A DNA stretch of 64,000 nucleotides from Candidatus Latescibacterota bacterium (GTDB taxonomy: Bacteria > Latescibacterota > UBA2968): assembly GCA_965208125.1 (NCBI GenBank), contig OZ242320.1, positions 2,272,001-2,336,000 of the forward strand. The letters are read 5' to 3'. The notes under the pieces were generated by a model. It ran no database searches. It was given only the letters and a program-made list of their open reading frames with translations, and was not told where the DNA came from. Both the position numbers and the translations under genes were made by a program. Positions 57,904 to 64,000 of this stretch are shown one piece after another (positions within the stretch are counted from its first letter, which is position 1; the number at the start of each line of letters is the position of its first letter).

Positions 57904-59610
57904 TCAAATGTTCTGGGGCGTAATGGAGGAAAGCCGCAGCAGAATGCGCAGGGTTGTACCTTTGCCGATGCCGTCGCTCAAGGCGTGAATCTGTCCACCC
58001 GATCCAATGACAAAATTGGCGGCTGAATGGAGACCGAGGCCACTCCCCGATTCTTTTGTGGTATAACCTGCGGAAAAGATCTTCTTGAAATTTTCCCGTT
58101 CAATGCCGATGCCGTTATCACGCACATCGAGGTAGAAAAAATTCCCCTCAACGTAGGCTCGGATCTGAATGCGAGGCGTTTCCTCTATTCCGCCCGATGC
58201 TGCAAGGTCGTCAATGGCTTCAATAGAATTTTTAATCAGATTGACCATCATCTGATAAAATTGGCTCTCCTGAATCCGAATCTCTTGTGGTGCGTTTTCG
58301 CAGTCAATCACTGTCTCGATCTCTCTTTTGTCGAGCAGCTCTTGCAAGACCTTGGTGGCAGACGAGACAGCATCCTTCAAGTGGATGTTTTTTTGATCTA
58401 TACTCGGACTGCCGAATACTTTTTGGGTGCGGACAATATCAGCGATGTGATCCGCCCGGTCTTTCACGCGGGCAACCGTCTTTACCAATCTTTCATTTAG
58501 CCCGGTAAAGTCTTCGGCGAGGGCGATAATAAAAGGTATCACTTTTTGGCCTTGCGGGTCGTCGCGGATGTAATCAGCCCAATTATCTCGATGCGCTTTT
58601 ATGGCATCGGCAAGGGCGCAAAGGCGGTGTAAGAACGGATCGTTGATCAGATTCTGGTGAACGGTCTCAATGCCCACTGTTACGCTGTTGATGGCATTGC
58701 CGATGTTGTGGAGAATGGTATCGACGATCTCCAATCGCCCTTGTGCAAATGCCTGCGCCAACGCTTCATCGGCGTTCATTTGCTCGGTGACATCGCGGAA
58801 AGTGATTACGCCGCCTCTGATTTCACCTATCTCGTTGAGGAGTGGTCGCCCACTCACCCGGATATAGACGCCATCTGGTCGCTGGGGATTGCGTATGAAT
58901 ATGTCCTCATCTTCTGTTACTTCACCCTGGTATATGGCGCGCAGGAGCGGCAGATCCTCTGTTTTAATGGGCGTTTTCCGATCGAGATAAAAAGAGCCGT
59001 ATTTTTCACTCCACTGATCTTGTGGTGTGTCGGTCTCGCCCAGGCCGACAATTTTTTCAGCCCCGGGATTTACATATAGAAACTCTCCCGCTTCATTGGA
59101 CACGACTATGCCCTCACTGATGCTGTTAAAAGTGGTCTCTAACAGTTCGTTCTGATTTCGCAGTTCTTCCAGCGTTTGTCTCAACCTGACTTCTGTAGTT
59201 TTGTACTCGGTTTCTCTGTGCTTCTTTTCCCGCTCGTGCATGGAAAGTGCGGTCTGGATGTTCAGATGAAGTTGTCGTTCTTCATAGGGTTTTAGCACAT
59301 AGCCAAATGGCCGGGTCGTCTGTGCCCGTTGCAACAGGTCTTCTTCTACCTCATCCATCAGATAGATCACGGGCATGCGACTGCCAATTTGTTCGGCTAC
59401 GTCAATGCCCGTGATCTCGCCTTTGAGTTCGAGGTCAATCAGGGCCAGGTCGGGACGCATGGTAGCGGCTTTTTCAATGGCTTGTTGCCCGGATGAGAGG
59501 GTGGCGCACACGGTATAGCCCAGGTTTTTCAGGCGTTCTTCGAGGTGGGTGGCAGCAGAATGATCGCTTTGCACAATCAGGATCTTTAAAGGAGATTGCT
59601 GTTCTGTCAT
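57904..59610 (-). CDS. Histidine kinase: degenerate REC-PAS-HisKA-HATPase
   Basis: H-box ILHNIGNAIN, NLIKNS, DNGIGI, GYTTKESGSGLGL. Confidence 0.9.
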   Translation of the reverse strand: MTEQQSPLKILIVQSDHSAATHLEERLKNLGYTVCATLSSGQQAIEKAATMRPDLALIDLELKGEITGIDVAEQIGSRMPVIYLMDEVEEDLLQRAQTTRPFGYVLKPYEERQLHLNIQTALSMHEREKKHRETEYKTTEVRLRQTLEELRNQNELLETTFNSISEGIVVSNEAGEFLYVNPGAEKIVGLGETDTPQDQWSEKYGSFYLDRKTPIKTEDLPLLRAIYQGEVTEDEDIFIRNPQRPDGVYIRVSGRPLLNEIGEIRGGVITFRDVTEQMNADEALAQAFAQGRLEIVDTILHNIGNAINSVTVGIETVHQNLINDPFLHRLCALADAIKAHRDNWADYIRDDPQGQKVIPFIIALAEDFTGLNERLVKTVARVKDRADHIADIVRTQKVFGSPSIDQKNIHLKDAVSSATKVLQELLDKREIETVIDCENAPQEIRIQESQFYQMMVNLIKNSIEAIDDLAASGGIEETPRIQIRAYVEGNFFYLDVRDNGIGIERENFKKIFSAGYTTKESGSGLGLHSAANFVIGSGGQIHALSDGIGKGTTLRILLRLSSITPQNI

Positions 59611-62600
59611 CGCGTTTCATCCTTTTCGCTGATATTATTGGAATCGAAGGAGCGGTCATCCGTACTATTGCGGATTTTGTTACGTGGGATATGGAAGGGA
59701 TAGTTCAGTTTGACCCGAAGGAGTGTCCCCTTGCCAATGCCGTCGCTCAATGCGCGAATCTGTCCGCCAGAACTAAGGACAAAATTGGCTACCGAGTAGA
59801 GACCGAGGCCACTCCCCGATTCTTTTGTGGTATAACCAGAGGCAAATATCCGCCTGATATACTCTTCGCCAAGGTCGATGCCGATGCCGTTATCTTCTAC
59901 TTCGATGGTGAGATCATTCCCCCTGACATAGGTGCGGATATGAATGCGAGGCGGTGCATTGAGACCGCCTGCTGCTGCGAGATCATCGATGGCTTCTATC
60001 GAATTTTTGATCAGGTTGATCATCATCTGATGAAATTTGCTCTCTTGAATCCGAATTTCTTGTGGCGCGGTGTCTTCGCAGTCAATAACTGTCTCGATCC
60101 CTCTTTTATTGAGCGACTCTTGCAAGACCTTGATAGCCATCGCGAACGCGTGCCGAAGGTCGATGTCTTTCAGGTTCATATTGGGTCCGTCTAATGTCTC
60201 CTGGGTGCGGATAATATCGGCGATGTGATCCGCCCGGTCTTTAACGCGATCAACCGTTTTGGTCAGTGCGACATCCTGCCGGCTAAAGTCTTCGGCGAGT
60301 GCGATAACAAACGGCAACACCTGTTGGCCTTGCGGGTCATTTTGGATGTAGTTGTCCCAATCGTCTCTGTGTGCTTTTATCGCCTCGGCAAGGGCGCAGA
60401 GGCGGTGTATGAGTGGGTTTTCCACTAAATGCTGGTGAACGGTCTCAATGCCCACTGTTACGCTGTTGATGGCATTGCCAATGTTGTGGAGGATGGTATC
60501 GAGGATCTCCAGGCGGCCCTGTGCGAATGCCTGCGCCAATGCTTCTTCGTTGACCCACTGTTCGGTGATATCGCGGAAAGTAATTACAGCCCCTCTAACT
60601 ATGTCGTCCTCGTTGTAGAGCGGTCGTCCGTTTACGCGGATATGAACGCCATCCGACTTTTTTTTATTGCGGATGAATATATCCTCATCGTCAATGGACT
60701 CTTTGCGGAACAGGATGCGGAGGAGCGGCTGTTTTCTGAGGTTCATGAGCGTTTTTTGATCGGGATAAAAAATGCCGTGTGTTCTCGGCAATTCAGATAG
60801 CGGTAGAGTTACCCTTTTTATGCCGGTAATTTGTGTGAAACTGGGATTGATGTACAGGGAGCGTTTGGGTAGATCGGCAATGATGATTCCATCGCTGATA
60901 TTATCAAAAGCGGTCTCCATCAGTTCGTTCTGGTTTCGCAATTCACGCGCTGTTTGTTCCAACTCCATCTCTGTTATTTTGCGCTCGGTAATGTCGTGAA
61001 AGACGACCACGCCTCCTCCGTGCTCATCTATATCTTTTTCCAGGGGGCGACCACTGACGCTGATATAAACCCCGTCGGGCTTTTTCTCATTGCGTATAAA
61101 TAACTCCATATCGTCCGTGTTGTGACCTTGTATGGCGCGCACTAGAGGAATCTGGTCGGTTGGTAAGTGCGTTTTCTGGTCGGGTAAAAAGATGCCATAT
61201 TGGTCCGTCCACTGTTCTGGAGGTGTCTCCAGCATACCGATACCCACAATTTGTTCGGCACTCGGATTAAAAATGGTGAATTGCCCCTCTGCATCGGCCA
61301 CGATCACACCGTCGCTGATACTGTTAAAAACGGTTTCCAAAAGTTGGGCCTGACGTTGCTGCTCGCGGTTGGCTTGTTCCAATTTGGCGTCTACCTCTTT
61401 TTTCTGCGTGAGGTCGCGAACAACGACCAATCCGGCTATGATCGTACTTTCGTCATTGCTGAATATGGGGCGGCCACGGGCCGAAATGTACGTCCCTTCC
61501 GGATTTTTTTGATTGCGTACAAACATTTCCATTTCATCTGTTTCCTCGCCATAGAACGCGCGTGTGAGGGGAAGTTGCTCAACGGGGATGGGCGTTTTTA
61601 TATCGGGGTAGTAAACACCAAAAGTTTTAGACCATTCACTCATGTCTGGATTGATGGACCACGAACCGAAAATTCTTTCCACAGTTCTATTGGCGAATAA
61701 TATTTGGCCTATTGGATTGGCGACGATGATGCCGTCATTCATATTGTCACAGATGGCTTCCAGGAACTGGATTTGTTCGCGCAATTCCTCAATGATTTGT
61801 TTCTGTTTCTCTGCTGTCTCTTTGTTCCCGTTGTTGTCAGCGTCAGAGACGGATTCGATGAATGGGACATGATCGTGTGGTTCGCCATCGATTTGTGCCA
61901 ATCTATTTTTCATCTTTTCGTGTTCGGTGAAGTCGCGCAGAATGGTCAGGCCGGCTTTGACCATCGTGCCGTCACTGCTCGGCACGGGTATCCCGCGGAT
62001 GCGGACGTAATTCCCATCCGCATTTTGCTCATTGCGAACAAATAACGTCATTTCTTCTGTTTTCTCACCCTTTACAGCACGCACGAGCGGAAGGTAATCG
62101 GTTGGCACATGCGTTTTTCCATCGGCATAAAAAATGCCATACGTTTCAGACACTTCATTGATGGGTATATGCTGGACCTCTGCATCCATTTCTGTACCCA
62201 AAATTCGTCTCGCACTTTTATTCAAGAACAATGTGCGATTTGTTGCATCGGAGAGGACGACGCCGTTATTTATATTTTCCAGGACAGTTTCCATGAGCTG
62301 GGTCTGATCGCGCAATTCGCTGACTGCCTGTTCCAATTTGGCGTCTGTCTCTTTGTTTTTGCTGATGTCGCGGAAAACGATCACTCCGCCTTTCACCCCG
62401 CTGTTATCGGGTGGTAAAGGTCTGCCGCTGACGTTGATATAAGCACCTTCTGGCAAGTTCGGGTTGCATACAAATATCTCGACGTCGTCTGAGGATTCAC
62501 CGTGGATGGCACGTGTGAGTGGGAGATCAGCACTGGGAAACAACGTGACGCGATCTGGAAAAAAGAGGCCGTATTCTTCAGACCGGCGATTCAGGTCTGT

Positions 62601-63212
62601 GCCTGGGATATAGGATCCGATGATTCGTTTTGCGCTGGAATTAAAAGTCAAGTAGTCTCCGTTTTCAGTGACGGCGATCACGCCGTCACTGAGACTCTCC
62701 AGAATGGTTTCCAGGCGTTGCGCCTGATGTTGTAGTTCATCGATTTTTTGTTCCATCTCGCATTCGGTCTGTTTGTGCTTTCTTTCTCGTTTGTGCATGG
62801 AAAGAGCAGTCTGGATGTTTAGATGAAGTTGCTGTTCTTCATAAGGTTTTAGCACATAGCCAAATGGATGGGTGGCGCGTTGCAACAGGTCGCCCTCGGA
62901 ACCATCTGTGAGAAAGATTACGGGTATATCGGCGCTGAGTTGTTCGGCAACGCCATCGGCATCTCCCGACAGTCCGAGATCGATCAGGGCCAGGTCGGGA
63001 TGCATTTCAGCGGCTTTTTCAATGGCCTCCTGTGCCGAGGAAACCGCGGCGCACACGGTATAGCCCAGGCTTTTCAGGTGCTCTTCGAGGTGGATGGCGG
63101 AATGCGCTTTCATACGAGTATGTGAATGAAAGGCGGTTCCTGTCAGATGTTTTTCGAGGTGTTTAGCAGAAGCATGCTCGTCCTGGACAATCAGGATCTT
63201 TGCATCTGTCAT
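59607..63212 (-). CDS. Histidine kinase: REC-5xPAS-HisKA-HATPase (paralog of the downstream kinase)
   Basis: Five PAS units with YGxFxPD...LPLxRA motif; ILHNIGNAIN, DNGIGI, GSGLGL; AAGGA SD; ATGA coupling. Confidence 0.92.
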   Translation of the reverse strand: MTDAKILIVQDEHASAKHLEKHLTGTAFHSHTRMKAHSAIHLEEHLKSLGYTVCAAVSSAQEAIEKAAEMHPDLALIDLGLSGDADGVAEQLSADIPVIFLTDGSEGDLLQRATHPFGYVLKPYEEQQLHLNIQTALSMHKRERKHKQTECEMEQKIDELQHQAQRLETILESLSDGVIAVTENGDYLTFNSSAKRIIGSYIPGTDLNRRSEEYGLFFPDRVTLFPSADLPLTRAIHGESSDDVEIFVCNPNLPEGAYINVSGRPLPPDNSGVKGGVIVFRDISKNKETDAKLEQAVSELRDQTQLMETVLENINNGVVLSDATNRTLFLNKSARRILGTEMDAEVQHIPINEVSETYGIFYADGKTHVPTDYLPLVRAVKGEKTEEMTLFVRNEQNADGNYVRIRGIPVPSSDGTMVKAGLTILRDFTEHEKMKNRLAQIDGEPHDHVPFIESVSDADNNGNKETAEKQKQIIEELREQIQFLEAICDNMNDGIIVANPIGQILFANRTVERIFGSWSINPDMSEWSKTFGVYYPDIKTPIPVEQLPLTRAFYGEETDEMEMFVRNQKNPEGTYISARGRPIFSNDESTIIAGLVVVRDLTQKKEVDAKLEQANREQQRQAQLLETVFNSISDGVIVADAEGQFTIFNPSAEQIVGIGMLETPPEQWTDQYGIFLPDQKTHLPTDQIPLVRAIQGHNTDDMELFIRNEKKPDGVYISVSGRPLEKDIDEHGGGVVVFHDITERKITEMELEQTARELRNQNELMETAFDNISDGIIIADLPKRSLYINPSFTQITGIKRVTLPLSELPRTHGIFYPDQKTLMNLRKQPLLRILFRKESIDDEDIFIRNKKKSDGVHIRVNGRPLYNEDDIVRGAVITFRDITEQWVNEEALAQAFAQGRLEILDTILHNIGNAINSVTVGIETVHQHLVENPLIHRLCALAEAIKAHRDDWDNYIQNDPQGQQVLPFVIALAEDFSRQDVALTKTVDRVKDRADHIADIIRTQETLDGPNMNLKDIDLRHAFAMAIKVLQESLNKRGIETVIDCEDTAPQEIRIQESKFHQMMINLIKNSIEAIDDLAAAGGLNAPPRIHIRTYVRGNDLTIEVEDNGIGIDLGEEYIRRIFASGYTTKESGSGLGLYSVANFVLSSGGQIRALSDGIGKGTLLRVKLNYPFHIPRNKIRNSTDDRSFDSNNISEKDETR

Positions 63213-63351
63213 GGTATTGACATCCTTTTTTTAGGGAAGGGGAGTATGCAGGAGCGCCGATATGCTGCCTGTTTTTTGCTCAGTATATGCAGGCTCGGCA
63301 TCGGCACTTTGATATATATGCAAATGTGTGCAAAAATCGTATGCAAATGTG

Positions 63352-63367
63352 TGCAAAAATCGTGCCA
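63352..63367 (-). promoter_or_regulatory. Sigma54 (-24/-12) promoter of the kinase/activator operon
   Basis: Reverse complement TGGCACGATTTTTGCA. Confidence 0.88.
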
Positions 63368-63558
63368 GTTTGTAATAAATGATATAATTATTTGTAAATT
63401 AACGAGTTATAGCATGAAAAATGATTCGCAAATTTTTGGACTGTTGCAGAATGCGACCTTGTAAACCGCAGGGAATGCATATTCAGTGAATTAAATATAC
63501 AACAAACGTTTGTTTATAGATAATTTATGGGAAAATTGGAGGTAGGATATAGAGGGTT

Positions 63559-63594
63559 TGTCGCAAATTGAAACAAATGTCGCAATTTGCGACA
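63559..63594. promoter_or_regulatory. Candidate enhancer (UAS) pair
   Basis: TGTCGCAAATTGAAACA and the perfect palindrome TGTCGCA-ATT-TGCGACA, 19-bp period; extra site TGTTGCAGAATGCGACC at 63442-63458. Confidence 0.75.
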
Positions 63595-63613
63595 GATATG
63601 ATGACCGAAGTGA

Positions 63614-63726
63614 CCCCGTATAAGCAATGACTCTATACAGCAAGCATTACGGGGCAGGCTCCCAAGCGGTTGTCATTGCGGCAAGGGGTTAGCCGCCACG
63701 CCGAAGGCACAACGCCAGTAATCCAG
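63614..63726. repeat. Degenerate palindromic repeats (CCCCGT...ACGGGGCAGGCT and an interrupted CGTC-type element)
   Basis: GTCATTGCGGC-AAGGGGTTA-GCCGC[insert]AATCCAG compared with the copy at 10900-10932. Confidence 0.55.
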
Positions 63727-63774
63727 AAGGTGTTGCCTTTGGGTGGATGGGGGACTGAAAGCTGACCGCTTGTT

Positions 63775-63999
63775 TTACAAAAAATACGCGTCCTGTTCTT
63801 TGCGTATTGTCCAGAGGGGGTCGTTGTCTTTGGGTTGTATCGCGCTTGCTGTGATGAAGGTGCCAGCGGGGATGTCCCGGCTGAGGATATTGCCGTTAGC
63901 CATGTGAAAGGGGAGGGGGTTGTTGGGCGCGACAGGTAGCGCGGGGCGCATGAGGTATTCGATGTTTTTGCTGTGGTCGTTGCCGATCTGGTCGCCGGC
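63775..63999 (-). CDS. 3' end of a probable NAD(P)-dependent oxidoreductase with C-terminal SAF domain (partial)
   Basis: Manual translation ...PLPFHMANGNILSRDIPAGTFITASAI...PLWTIRKEQDAYFL*; not in the ORF track. Confidence 0.6.
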   Translation of the reverse strand, partial: AGDQIGNDHSKNIEYLMRPALPVAPNNPLPFHMANGNILSRDIPAGTFITASAIQPKDNDPLWTIRKEQDAYFL

Positions 64000-64000
64000 T

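Noticed and set aside
63126-63464. 112-aa plus-strand ORF
   Set aside because: Overlaps the kinase start and its sigma54 promoter region; no recognisable protein features

Overview
Bacterial chromosomal window with no rRNA, tRNA, CRISPR array or intact transposase that I can see. The lineage is inferred to be FCB-group (Latescibacterota/Gemmatimonadota-like, possibly host-associated), based on T9SS-type C-termini, cohesin/dockerin-like modules, several sulfatases and UBact. Contents in order: (1) two tandem secreted surface proteins with cohesin-like, dockerin-like and FlgD/T9SS-type C-terminal domains; (2) a complete UBact/Pup-type proteasome operon arc-dop-ubact-prcB-prcA-pafA; (3) metabolic and transport genes (three Cys-type sulfatases, ABC exporter plus DUF1854, nicotinamidase, NamZ, split TRAP transporter, Zn-ADH, gpmI, acnA), a low-GC HicBA-like pair, an orphan antitoxin-like regulator and an ECF sigma/anti-sigma pair; (4) a ~21 kb module with two PAS histidine kinases, a sigma54 activator and a 4332-aa Ig-repeat autotransporter. 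The strongest new-system candidate is module 4. The adhesin gene and the kinase operon each have a near-consensus sigma54 promoter and a pair of TGTCGCA-N3-TGCGACA-like sites 19 bp apart about 200 bp upstream, which suggests a self-amplifying switch. The adhesin also carries two framework-conserved but highly divergent aromatic-rich Ig domains. Intergenic DNA is dense with small repeats (GTAG and CGTC palindromes, heptamer arrays), and a ~35-bp element sits inside another repeat in all three of its copies. All domain calls are by eye; no database searches were run.
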